From: Actinomycetota bacterium
Lineage (GTDB): Bacteria; Actinomycetota; Thermoleophilia; Gaiellales; Gaiellaceae
Assembly (NCBI GenBank): GCA_900299235.1
Contig: OMIZ01000160.1
Coordinates: 79-64,078 of the forward strand
Length of the DNA stretch: 64,000 bases
Direction of reading: 5' to 3'
The translations under genes were made by a program, and so were the position numbers. Below are positions 9,562 to 18,960 of this stretch, in pieces. The notes beneath the pieces were generated by a model. That model was not told the origin of the DNA. It was given only the letters and a program-made list of their open reading frames with translations, and ran no database searches. Every line of letters begins with the position of its first letter. The first letter of the stretch is position 1.

Positions 9562-10716
9562 ATGCGGGTGCTACACGTTCCAACGGGTACTGGCGGTAAT
9601 CCGATGAGTCTCGCGCGCGCCGAGCGGGAGATCGGACTCGAAAGTTGGTCGATCGTCGATCAAGAGTCGTACTTCGGTTATCCGGCCGACGAGACCCTGT
9701 TGCCGCTCGGTGCGAGTCGTCTGAAATACGAGTTCTACCGACCCCAACTTCTGGTGCGTGCGCTTCGGGACTTCGACGTCATTCACTTCAATGCGGGACA
9801 GACCCTCATGCCTCAGCCGATGACGCGCGCAACGCCGCCCTACCTCGCCGGTGCTCGTGTGCTCTACCAAGGGTATGCGCGACTGTTTCAGCAACGCGAC
9901 TTGCCGATCCTGAAAGCCGCAGGAAAAGCGATCTTCGTAACGTTCCAAGGTGACGATGCCCGTCAGGGTACGACACTGATTGGCCGGCCAGTGGACATTC
10001 TCTCCGAAGTCGATAGCGACTACTACACGCCTCGCTCGGATGCCGCCAAGCGTCGACGCATCGAACGCTTTGACCGGTACGCCGACGGGATCTTTACCGT
10101 CAACCCCGACCTGTTTCGCGTCCTGCCTGGGCGGACGCAATTTCTGGCGTATACGAGTGTTGACCCGCGTGTGTGGCACCCAGCCGACCCTTCCTCTCCA
10201 CGCCAGAGGATCCGTGTCGTTCATGCCCCAAGTCACAAGGGGATCAAGGGCACACGGTTCGTTCTTGACGCGGTCGCACGGCTTCAGGCCGAGGGGTTGG
10301 CGTTCGACTTCGAACTCATCGAAGGGGTTTTGAACGCAGAGGCGCGTGAGCGGTATCTCGCCGCCGATCTGATCATCGATCAACTCCTGATCGGCTGGTA
10401 CGGCGCACTCGCCGTCGAAGGGATGCTCCTTGGGAAGCCCGTCATCGCCTACATCGAAGACGCTGACCTAAGCCGACTGCCGGAACAGATGCGTGCGACC
10501 ATCCCCTTGATACGCGCCAATCCCGATTCGATCACCGACGTGCTGCGCGAGTGGCTCACGAACGGCCGGCCGGCCCTCACCAAGCGCGGGATCGAAAGCC
10601 GGGCATTCGCCGAACGCTGGCACGACCCACGTGCAATCGCACGCGAAGTCGCTTGGCACTATGAAATGGCACTCGCGAAGGGTCACTCACGCCGAGGGCT
10701 GCGTAGAGAGCTGTGA
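9562..10716 (+). CDS. GT-B-fold glycosyltransferase (non-canonical GT4-like; HAPSxxxKGT family)
   Basis: ATG 9562 gives MRVLHVPTGTGGNP, with GGAG 5 nt upstream; the 9445 extension is Arg/Pro-rich. The C-terminal Rossmann region reads IRVVHAPSHKGIKGTRFVLDAV...GWYGALAVEGMLLGKPVI. It is a paralogue of 12545..13843. Confidence 0.65.
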   Translation: MRVLHVPTGTGGNPMSLARAEREIGLESWSIVDQESYFGYPADETLLPLGASRLKYEFYRPQLLVRALRDFDVIHFNAGQTLMPQPMTRATPPYLAGARVLYQGYARLFQQRDLPILKAAGKAIFVTFQGDDARQGTTLIGRPVDILSEVDSDYYTPRSDAAKRRRIERFDRYADGIFTVNPDLFRVLPGRTQFLAYTSVDPRVWHPADPSSPRQRIRVVHAPSHKGIKGTRFVLDAVARLQAEGLAFDFELIEGVLNAEARERYLAADLIIDQLLIGWYGALAVEGMLLGKPVIAYIEDADLSRLPEQMRATIPLIRANPDSITDVLREWLTNGRPALTKRGIESRAFAERWHDPRAIAREVAWHYEMALAKGHSRRGLRREL

Positions 10717-11570
10717 AGGTTCTCGTTAGCGGGGCGACGGGGTTCATCGCTTCTCACCTTGTTCCAAGACTTGTACGCGAGGGGCATTCAGTTGTTGCGC
10801 TTGGGCACGATCCAGCCCGGCTCCCGAGTGGACATGGCGTGCGGCAGCTCGTTGTCGATCTGTCTAGGTCGCTTCCCGCAGATGACTTTCCCGCAGTCGA
10901 CGCGATTGTCCACCTCGCCCAGGCCAACACGATCGGCCCGTCTCGCTCCCAAGACCTTATGGCTGTGAACGTTGCGTCAACGTGCGGTCTGCTTGACGTA
11001 GCCGTTCGTCACAAGGCCGAGCATTTTGTGCTCGCATCTTCGGGATCGGTGTATGGGGCGACGAGCGTGGAGATCGACGAGCGCACACCGGTTCATCCTC
11101 TGGACGAATACGGCGAGTCTAAAGTCTTGGCAGAGCAGCTCTTAGACGAGTTTCGAGATCGCCTTCATGTGACTGCACTCCGACTGTTCGTGCCGTACGG
11201 TCCCGGGCAGTCGGGGCGAATGATCCCAGCTCTGGCCGAGCGAATTCGTTCGGGGACGCCGATCGTGCTGAACGAGAACGGACGACCGCACGTAAATCCC
11301 GTGTATGTCAAGGATGTTGTCGACGCGATCTTGTCGACGCTCTCGCGACCGGACGTGCAGCTCGTCAATGTCGCAGGGCCGGACGTGGTCGACGTGCGAG
11401 AGCTTTCGGAACGGATCGCGGGCGAACTCAATTGTCATCCGCGCTTTGTGGCGGGAGACAACACGAACATCGGGGATATCGTGGCGTCGACTACACGGGT
11501 TCGGGATCTGATTCGGCGAGAGCTGACGCCGCTCGCTGACGGGCTGCATCGAACGTTCGGTACGCCCTAG
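10713..11570 (+). CDS. NAD-dependent sugar-nucleotide epimerase/dehydratase (extended SDR)
   Basis: The nucleotide-binding motif is VSGATGFIASHL and the catalytic YxxxK is YGESK. GTGA coupling to the upstream gene is seen at 10713. Confidence 0.85.
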   Translation: MKVLVSGATGFIASHLVPRLVREGHSVVALGHDPARLPSGHGVRQLVVDLSRSLPADDFPAVDAIVHLAQANTIGPSRSQDLMAVNVASTCGLLDVAVRHKAEHFVLASSGSVYGATSVEIDERTPVHPLDEYGESKVLAEQLLDEFRDRLHVTALRLFVPYGPGQSGRMIPALAERIRSGTPIVLNENGRPHVNPVYVKDVVDAILSTLSRPDVQLVNVAGPDVVDVRELSERIAGELNCHPRFVAGDNTNIGDIVASTTRVRDLIRRELTPLADGLHRTFGTP

Positions 11571-12535
11571 GTCGAAGGCTGAGCCGCTTCGCGGCGCTGC
11601 CAGTCAACGACCGACTGGAGTCCCTCGGCAAGCGGAACCGACGCGACGAAACCGATTGCGCGCTCGGCGTTTTCGGTGCTCCCGACACGATTCGTGACGA
11701 ACGTCTGCTCCTGCGGGAGATACTCGATCTCGAGATCGGAGCCGGTCAACTCAAGGAGGTGCGTGACCAGCGTGTCGATCGTTGTTTGAACCCCTGTACC
11801 GACGTTGAAACAGATGTCGGTCGCGTCACTTTCCAGCGCGAGAATGTTGGCGCGCGCAACGTCCCAGACATGCACAAAGTCGTAGGCCTGCGTCCCATCG
11901 CCGTACACAAGCGGTCGCTCGCCACGAGCAATCCGGTCGAGCACTTTGACGATCACGCTCACATACGTCCCCTTGTCATCCATCCGAGGGCCGTACACGT
12001 TCATGTAGCGAAGGCCAACCCAATCGAGCGTGTGCTGCTCGTAGAAGGCTCGGAAGAACTGTTCACCCGCGATCTTGGTCGCCCCGTACATCGTCCGGTT
12101 GTCGAAGGGATGCTCTTCGGTCATTGGAAGTGTTCGCGCGTTTCCGTAAACGGAAGCGGACGAGGAGTAGACGACCTTCTTCACGCCCGCTGCATGCGCC
12201 GCTTCGACGACGTTGTAGGTGCCGCCCACATTCACGTGAAGCGCCGACCGCGGCTCGTGGACGCACTCGTAGAGCCAGAGAGCCGCGAGGTGGAACACGT
12301 AGTCGGTGCCCGCCATTAGCGTTGCGAGTAGCTCGCGATCGAGAATTGACCCTTCGACGATGCGTACTCGACGATCGGCCGCTGCGTGTTCGAGGTTCGC
12401 GCGGGTGCCTCGTAAGAAGTTGTCGAGGACGATCACCTCTCGAACGTCGGTTTCGAGAAGCTGATCGACAATCGTTGAGCCGATAAAGCCGGCCCCGCCG
12501 ATGACGAGGATCCGCGCGTTCGTGGTCTTCGCCAT
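11567..12535 (-). CDS. NAD-dependent sugar-nucleotide epimerase/dehydratase (extended SDR)
   Basis: ILVIGGAGFIGS is the GxxGxxG motif. SSSASVYG and YGATK form the catalytic S...YxxxK set. Length is about 320 aa. Confidence 0.85.
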   Translation of the reverse strand: MAKTTNARILVIGGAGFIGSTIVDQLLETDVREVIVLDNFLRGTRANLEHAAADRRVRIVEGSILDRELLATLMAGTDYVFHLAALWLYECVHEPRSALHVNVGGTYNVVEAAHAAGVKKVVYSSSASVYGNARTLPMTEEHPFDNRTMYGATKIAGEQFFRAFYEQHTLDWVGLRYMNVYGPRMDDKGTYVSVIVKVLDRIARGERPLVYGDGTQAYDFVHVWDVARANILALESDATDICFNVGTGVQTTIDTLVTHLLELTGSDLEIEYLPQEQTFVTNRVGSTENAERAIGFVASVPLAEGLQSVVDWQRREAAQPST

Positions 12536-12544
12536 GCCCGGATT

Positions 12545-13843
12545 CTAGAGGGCGGTTGAGGCCGAAACGGCCGCGGACTTCTGGGTGCTAACCGCGATGT
12601 CAATAAGGCGCTGCTCGAGTTCCGGGTTGTCCTCGACACCGAGTGCGCCTATTCCGTAGTGCGCAATGAGGTCACGGATGACCTTGGCTGCAGCCTCACG
12701 GTGCAACCCGCAGCCGAGCGGGTAGGTGATCGTCCTCGGATCGAGCAGCCACTCTGGACTCGCGGTTCCGTTCAACAACGCGAGATACCGCTGCGCGACC
12801 TCCCGGGGATGCCACTCGTGCGTGACGAATTCGTATGCGCGCCTGCCGAGGGCGACACGTTCCTCGGGATGCTCAAGCAGTTCAACGATCGCATCCTCGA
12901 GCTGTTCGGGACGAACAAACAGTGATGGGACAGGCGTCAGTTTCGCGTCTGGATCATCTGCGGCGTAGCCGCTGACTACGGTGGGAACGCCAAGCGATGC
13001 CGCTTCGGCAGCGAAGCTTGCGAGCGGCTGGTCGGAATAGACTTGATCAACGACGAGATCTGATGACCAGAGCGCAGCGATGACGTCGCTGTTCGGGCGC
13101 CCTCGGATCTCGATGAAGTCGATCTTGTGGCCACGCGCGACGAGGCGGTCGATCGTCGCGCGAATCACCTCCGTCCCCTTGAGGTCGGGGTTCGACGGCG
13201 CGTGCAGGATCCTTACGGGGCCGGGTTCACCCATTCGCGGTACGGGCTCGTTGGCGATCTGTCGTGTTGGGCTCCCCATGACGAACGATGGAACAAACGG
13301 CCGCCGATGAAGCTGAGACGACGGAGCGTGCGAGACGATCGCCGTCGCAAATCGCTCGTGCCACCGGATCCGGCGAATCGTTCGCTTCGTCTGGCGGAGG
13401 ACGTGATTGGCTCGTGCATCTGGCCGGCTGAGAAAGCCGTCGATATAGGGTGGGCGCGAGTCCGAGCCGTGGAAGCTGCAGACGACAGGCTTACGGCAGA
13501 GGCGCAGGAGAGGCAGGTCGAATCGCGAGAACACGCGTGAGCCGTAACCAAGGAGCACCGCGTCGCACCGTAGGATCACCCACGCGAGCAGGATCGCGCG
13601 AATCGGGAACTGCGCCACACGCCAGGCATGCCGTGAGGCGCTCCCTCGGGTGGCCGCCGCTCCGCGCCTAGCGGCAGTATATCCGATGAGCCTGAACATC
13701 CAGCCTGGCCGATCGGGTGGTACGTAGCCGAACGGATGACGAACGTAGGCGACACGCACAACGTCGACGCCGAGCTCGGCGAAGCCTTCCGCCAGAGATG
13801 ACTGGTACCCCGCAATATCGACCGTTCCAATGAAGACCCTCAC
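12545..13843 (-). CDS. GT-B-like glycosyltransferase (HAPSxxxKGT family), paralogue of 9562..10716
   Basis: VRILHAPSNPDLKGTEVIRATIDRL...ASFAAEAASLGVPTV aligns by eye with the 9562 gene. The GTG start overlaps the upstream TGA (GTGA at 13843). Confidence 0.55.
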   Translation of the reverse strand: MRVFIGTVDIAGYQSSLAEGFAELGVDVVRVAYVRHPFGYVPPDRPGWMFRLIGYTAARRGAAATRGSASRHAWRVAQFPIRAILLAWVILRCDAVLLGYGSRVFSRFDLPLLRLCRKPVVCSFHGSDSRPPYIDGFLSRPDARANHVLRQTKRTIRRIRWHERFATAIVSHAPSSQLHRRPFVPSFVMGSPTRQIANEPVPRMGEPGPVRILHAPSNPDLKGTEVIRATIDRLVARGHKIDFIEIRGRPNSDVIAALWSSDLVVDQVYSDQPLASFAAEAASLGVPTVVSGYAADDPDAKLTPVPSLFVRPEQLEDAIVELLEHPEERVALGRRAYEFVTHEWHPREVAQRYLALLNGTASPEWLLDPRTITYPLGCGLHREAAAKVIRDLIAHYGIGALGVEDNPELEQRLIDIAVSTQKSAAVSASTAL

Positions 13844-15315
13844 GCGACCTCAATTTCGGTGCGTCTGCGGCCACCCCTTCGTTCGCCGAGCAGGAAGAGC
13901 GTGACTGCGTACACCGGCAGGCCGACCGCTGCAACAATCATCACCGCGAGCGGCCGCCAGCCGCCCGCGGGCTCGCATTGGGTTGCTGCGAACGCTCCGA
14001 GAGCAGCTGCGGTGGCTGAACGCGCGAGTGACGCGAGAGGAAAGCGCCACGTTGCGAACGGACGGGCCGCGGCGTAGGCCCACCCGAGGTACACCAGCAT
14101 CGAGAGTGGGGTTGCGAGGGCCGCACCCATCAGCCCTAGTGGCGGAATCAGAGCGAAGTTCAGACTGACGTTCACGGCGACAGCGGCCACCGCTCCGTAG
14201 AACAAGGGCCGAGTCTTCTTCTGGAGTACCAGGCCGGTTGCCGCGATGCTGCCGAGTGCGAAGATGAATGAGCCGATCGCGATCACCGGTGCGATGTTCG
14301 CATGTCGTGCGTAGTCGTATTCGCCGGTAAGGATCCACACAAGATCGTTCGCGCTAACCCAGATGAACGCAATGCACGGGGCAGCGATGATGAGTGCGAT
14401 GCGTGTGTAGGACGTCATTAGGCGCTCCGCTGCCACTCGTCCATGCTTTTCGTACGTCGTGACGAGGAGCGGTCCGGTGGCCGTGAAGAAGGCGAACACC
14501 GGAATCGCGACGCCACGGTCGCCGATCACGCTCGACACGCTGTACACGCCGACATGTCCGGTGTCCTTCAGGAGCGCGAGGATGTAACGGTCGACGAATG
14601 CGAGTAGCCAGGTCGCGACGGCGGCCGCACTAGCGGGTACGCCATATCGCAGCCACGGGCGAATTGGCACGTGCGCCCCGATTCCGCCTTTCGGCCACCC
14701 CACGAAGAGACCGATCGTGCCAAGCAGAAGAGACGCAGACGCGAGTCCACCGAGATACCCCTCCACCTTGTGGCCCCTGAACACAAGCCATACGCCCAAG
14801 GCGGCGCCACCGATGCGGGCGGTCGAATCGACAATGGCGTATGCGCGTGGGCGCAGGCTCGCCGCGAAGATCGAGATCGAGATGTTCTGGAGCGCGAGGC
14901 CGGCCGTTGCCGCGAGAATCAGCCACTCGTTGTCATGCACGGCTGAGCTCACGATGCCAATCGAGAGCACGGCGATCCCAAAGGCGACGAACGCGCCGAA
15001 CGCACCGATGAGTGCCCGCCGTAGGCCGCTACCAAACCCAGCAAGATCCCCTGTCACACGGTGGGCTGGCAGCTCGCGCAAGATCGCTGCGGCAAGCCAG
15101 CTTGCGACGACCGTCCAGCCGAGTGTGACGAGGGTCTGACAGATCGCGAGCACCCCGAGCTCGGTTGGGGCGAGTTTGCGCGCCAGGACCGGGATGACGA
15201 GGAAGCCAGCAACTGCCGGGACAAGCTGAGTTGGGAGGTAGGTGGCGAAGTCGCGAAGGGCACGCCCTCCGTCGTGTAGGCCAAGTGTTTTGGCGAGGCG
15301 AAGGCCGCGGGTCAC
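13840..15315 (-). CDS. wzx: Polysaccharide/oligosaccharide flippase, MOP superfamily (Wzx-like)
   Basis: 491 aa with about 12-14 TM spans. The N-terminus (FATYLPTQLVPAVAGFLVIPVLARKLAPTELG) is typical of the Polysacc_synt family. GTGA coupling is seen at both ends. Confidence 0.75.
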   Translation of the reverse strand: MTRGLRLAKTLGLHDGGRALRDFATYLPTQLVPAVAGFLVIPVLARKLAPTELGVLAICQTLVTLGWTVVASWLAAAILRELPAHRVTGDLAGFGSGLRRALIGAFGAFVAFGIAVLSIGIVSSAVHDNEWLILAATAGLALQNISISIFAASLRPRAYAIVDSTARIGGAALGVWLVFRGHKVEGYLGGLASASLLLGTIGLFVGWPKGGIGAHVPIRPWLRYGVPASAAAVATWLLAFVDRYILALLKDTGHVGVYSVSSVIGDRGVAIPVFAFFTATGPLLVTTYEKHGRVAAERLMTSYTRIALIIAAPCIAFIWVSANDLVWILTGEYDYARHANIAPVIAIGSFIFALGSIAATGLVLQKKTRPLFYGAVAAVAVNVSLNFALIPPLGLMGAALATPLSMLVYLGWAYAAARPFATWRFPLASLARSATAAALGAFAATQCEPAGGWRPLAVMIVAAVGLPVYAVTLFLLGERRGGRRRTEIEVA

Positions 15316-17054
15316 GAATCAGGCACAGGTCGGCGAACCACACGGTTGCCGAGTACGAGCACATCCATCTTCGTCTTCAGGAAGCAGTCAACCGCGTCAC
15401 GCGGTGACGTGACGATTGGCTCGTTCTCGTTGAACGACGTGTTGAGCAAGATCGGCACCCCGGTAAGACCCTCGAAGGCCTCAATCAGAGCGTAGTAACG
15501 AGGTTCGACATCACGCTCGACGGTCTGGAGCCGCCCCGTGTCGTCGACGTGATTCACAGCAGGGATCGTCGTTCGCTTCTCAAGCCGGGTCTTGTAGACC
15601 ATCACCATGAACGGCGACGTGTAATCCTGCTCAAACCAGTCGCCCGTGCGTTCGGCGAGTATGGATGGTGCGAAGGGCCGGAAGGGCTCCCGGTGCTTGA
15701 TGCGAGCGTTCAGGATGTCTTTCATGTCGGTTCGCCGCGGGTCGGCGACGATCGAACGGTGACCGAGTGCGCGTGGGCCAAACTCCATGCGCCCCTGGAA
15801 CCAACCGACCACGTCTCCCGCCGCGATCCGCTCAGCGACGACCGCGAAGAGTTCTGCGTCGGTGTACAGCTCGCTCGCGAGTCCGACCGCACCCAAAGCC
15901 TCCACGTACGTGTCGTCGGAGAACTCAGGTCCGGTGCAGGCATGTCGCATGACAAAGCTCCGCGGCCTTCCAAGCGTCTCGTGCCACACGCGAAACGCGG
16001 CGCCGACGGCAGTGCCTGAGTCGCCTGCTGCAGGTTGAACGTAGACCTCATCAAACGGCGTCTGCGCTCGGATCATGCCGTTCGCTACCGCATTGAGGGC
16101 GACACCTCCGGCGAGGCAAAGACGTGGCGACTGCGTGCTCTCGTAGGCCGTCGAAACGACGTGGAGGTAGGCCTCCTCGAGGATGTGTTGGAGTGCCGCC
16201 GCGACGTCATGGTGGTCGCTCGTCACCTCGGACTTCGGCACACGTGCCGGGCCAAGCAGGCGCTCGAGCTCTACCGAAAACACGCGGCCGATCGAAGGCG
16301 AGCCATCCTCCCAGGTCATCGCGACACCCTTGGAGTGGTGCGAGAAGTACCGGAGGTTCAGGCGGAAGAGCGGCCTGTCGAGAGCAACGAGCTGTCGCAG
16401 CTTGTGCGCGAAGCGCTCCGGATCACCGTACGGCGCGAGGCCCATCACTTTCCCTTCGTCGCCGTAGTGGGGGAAGCCAAGCCACTGGGTCACGGCCGTG
16501 TAGAGCAGACCGAGCGAGTGGGGAAAGAGCACGCGATCGAGGATCGAGAGTGCTCTACCGTCGCCGTGTGCGAGCATCGTCGAGGCGTAATCACCGAAGC
16601 CGTCAACGGTCAGTACGGCCGCCTCATCGAAGGGGGAAACGTAGAACGCGCTCGCTGCATGCGCGAGGTGATGCTCGACGTGGTGAACATCTGCGCGGAG
16701 AGCAGCGTTCGGAACGCCAAGCTCAATCGCAACGCGACTTTTGAGGTCGCGCACGTTCGCGGCGTTTTTCAGTCGCGACGCGACGTACCTCGGGGATGGC
16801 GGGTGACGGAGTGAGTAACGCAGCTTTGCCCCAGCGTTCGCGCGTACGTCGCGACCGATCGCGATGTGATCGACGTCTGCTGGAGTGAGCCCGGCGTCCT
16901 CCAAGCACCAGAGTGCGGCCGCAGCAGGGAACCCGGCACAGTGCTTGACGCGGTTGAAGCGTTCTTCCTCCGCCGCTGCGACGAGAGTGCCGTCAACAAC
17001 GAGTGCGGCAGCCGCGTCGCCATGGAAGGCGTTGAGTCCGAGGATGGTGGTCAA
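15312..17054 (-). CDS. Carbamoyltransferase, NodU/CmcH family
   Basis: The N-terminus ILGLNAFHGDAAAALVVDG matches the family. HHLAHAASAFYVSPF and a C-terminal carbamoyltransferase domain (PILLNTSFNENEPIV) are present. The only available start is TTG at 17054. Confidence 0.85.
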   Translation of the reverse strand: MTTILGLNAFHGDAAAALVVDGTLVAAAEEERFNRVKHCAGFPAAAALWCLEDAGLTPADVDHIAIGRDVRANAGAKLRYSLRHPPSPRYVASRLKNAANVRDLKSRVAIELGVPNAALRADVHHVEHHLAHAASAFYVSPFDEAAVLTVDGFGDYASTMLAHGDGRALSILDRVLFPHSLGLLYTAVTQWLGFPHYGDEGKVMGLAPYGDPERFAHKLRQLVALDRPLFRLNLRYFSHHSKGVAMTWEDGSPSIGRVFSVELERLLGPARVPKSEVTSDHHDVAAALQHILEEAYLHVVSTAYESTQSPRLCLAGGVALNAVANGMIRAQTPFDEVYVQPAAGDSGTAVGAAFRVWHETLGRPRSFVMRHACTGPEFSDDTYVEALGAVGLASELYTDAELFAVVAERIAAGDVVGWFQGRMEFGPRALGHRSIVADPRRTDMKDILNARIKHREPFRPFAPSILAERTGDWFEQDYTSPFMVMVYKTRLEKRTTIPAVNHVDDTGRLQTVERDVEPRYYALIEAFEGLTGVPILLNTSFNENEPIVTSPRDAVDCFLKTKMDVLVLGNRVVRRPVPDS

Positions 17055-17086
17055 CGCCCTAGCCCGCTTCGGTGCACAGAACGATC

Positions 17087-18958
17087 CTAGTCTGTCGCTC
17101 GTAGGAAGCTACGAGCCCATAGCTCGGTGTTGAGTGCACGCCAGAGCTCAAACCCTGCATCGATTGTTCCTGATCGGTGCGCATGGAGCCGGGCAAGCGC
17201 AACGTCGGCGTCGACGAAGCCGCGCTCACGGAACGACGTCGAGGTGAACACGTCCGCGGCGAGCTCGCCAAGCGCGCCGCGCATCCATACTGCTTCGGGT
17301 GTCGCGAAGCCGAGCTTGTCGGTTCGGGCGGCCACCGTTGGAGGCAGCACGTCGGCAAGCGCGCGACGCACGATCTTCTTGGTGGTCACACCGTCGAGGA
17401 GCTCACGTGCGTCGAGCGAGAACGCAAGCTCGACAAGCCGATAGTCGAGGAAGGGAACGCGCGCTTCGATCGAGTGCGCCATCGAGTTGCGATCCTCGGC
17501 ATGGAGCAGCTCTGGAAGTCCCCGCACGGTGAGGATGCGTGTCATCAACCTGCGCAGCTGGTCGGTGTACGGGGAGTTGACGTGCTCGCGCGCTGTCGGG
17601 AGCGCGGCGGTAAGCGCTGGCCCGACAAGCGCAGGCGACGCTGAGCGCCGACCTCTCAGATAGTTCTCAATGGTTGCTGGTGCGAACGCGCGGCCGAGAG
17701 CTTGCGCGGCGGCGGGAAGGCCACGCTGCGCGCCAACACCTCCTGCCTGCCGCAGGAGTGTCGCGAGTTTTCCGCGTCGGGCGAGGTCGCGGTACCAGGC
17801 AGGGAGGTGCGCCGGATACCCGGCAAACACCTCGTCGCCTCCCTGACCGTCGAGCACGACGGTGATGCCCGCCTCGTGTGCCGCGCGCATGACGAACCAG
17901 CCTGCGCAGATGCTCGTCGAGCGGAATGGTTCGTCATGGGCTTCGACGATCGCAGGCAGTGCACCCACGAGCTCGTGGTCGCTAAACGTCACCCAGGTCG
18001 GGTCGGCGATCGTGCGGTCAACGACCGCTTGGGCATACGGGCGCTCGTCATATCCGGGCACGTCGAAGTAGGCCGTGAACGTCGCCTGGCGGTCGCCTAC
18101 CGGCCGTGCGTCGGTGACCTCTGTCCGGAGCAGCCGATCGACCGTGCAGGCAACTGCCGAGGAGTCAATGCCACCCGAGAGCGCTGTCCCGACCTTCACG
18201 TCGGCGCGCAGGCGCAGCCGAACGGAGTCGAGGAAGAGCTCGCGAACCGCTTCGACGGGATCGCCGGCGGGTGGATCCCGCCGCTCAAGCTGCCAGTACC
18301 GCGAAAGACGGACGCCCGTCTGGTCGAGCACCAGGCAGTGGGCGGGCGGGAGCTTCGTAATCCCTGCGAAGAACGTTTCGTCCGTGTGGTCGAAGCGGTC
18401 GAGGCCGAGGTAGTCGCGCACCATCGACTCGTTCGCGCGCAACGGTCCGCCAGCGCGGTCGACGCGAAACGCCTTGAGCTCGCTCGCAAAGGAGAGACGT
18501 GAACCATCCCAGCGGTAGTAGAAGGGCTTGACGCCGAACCGGTCGCGCGAGGCAAAGAATCGCCGATGGGGCGCATCCCAAATCGCAAATGCCCACATGC
18601 CGTTGAATCGGCTCACGCAGGCGTTTCCCCACTCACGGTAGGCGGCGAGCACGACCTCGGTATCGCTCGCCGAGCGGAAGCGGTGCCCCTTCGCCTCGAG
18701 TTCGGCGCGCAATTCGCGGTAGTTGTAGATCTCACCGTTATGGATCAGCTGGAGCGTTCCGTCCTCCGACGCGAACGGCTGGTCGCCTGCGTGACTGAGG
18801 TCGATCACCGAGAGGCGACGATGGCCAAACGCAACTTCGTCGGCGAAGAAGAAGCCGTCACCATCGGGGCCCCGGTGGGCCAGGGCATTGGTCATCGCCT
18901 GCACCGTCGCGGTGTCGGCCGGAGCTCCAAATTGGACGACCCCGCAGATTCCGCACAT
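17087..18958 (-). CDS. Asparagine synthase (glutamine-hydrolysing) family amidotransferase, AsnB-like (second copy)
   Basis: MCGICGVV provides the Met-Cys nucleophile. HRGPDG and RFNGMWAFAIWD are present. The PP-loop is ALSGGIDSSAVA. Confidence 0.9.
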   Translation of the reverse strand: MCGICGVVQFGAPADTATVQAMTNALAHRGPDGDGFFFADEVAFGHRRLSVIDLSHAGDQPFASEDGTLQLIHNGEIYNYRELRAELEAKGHRFRSASDTEVVLAAYREWGNACVSRFNGMWAFAIWDAPHRRFFASRDRFGVKPFYYRWDGSRLSFASELKAFRVDRAGGPLRANESMVRDYLGLDRFDHTDETFFAGITKLPPAHCLVLDQTGVRLSRYWQLERRDPPAGDPVEAVRELFLDSVRLRLRADVKVGTALSGGIDSSAVACTVDRLLRTEVTDARPVGDRQATFTAYFDVPGYDERPYAQAVVDRTIADPTWVTFSDHELVGALPAIVEAHDEPFRSTSICAGWFVMRAAHEAGITVVLDGQGGDEVFAGYPAHLPAWYRDLARRGKLATLLRQAGGVGAQRGLPAAAQALGRAFAPATIENYLRGRRSASPALVGPALTAALPTAREHVNSPYTDQLRRLMTRILTVRGLPELLHAEDRNSMAHSIEARVPFLDYRLVELAFSLDARELLDGVTTKKIVRRALADVLPPTVAARTDKLGFATPEAVWMRGALGELAADVFTSTSFRERGFVDADVALARLHAHRSGTIDAGFELWRALNTELWARSFLRATD

Positions 18959-18960
18959 AG

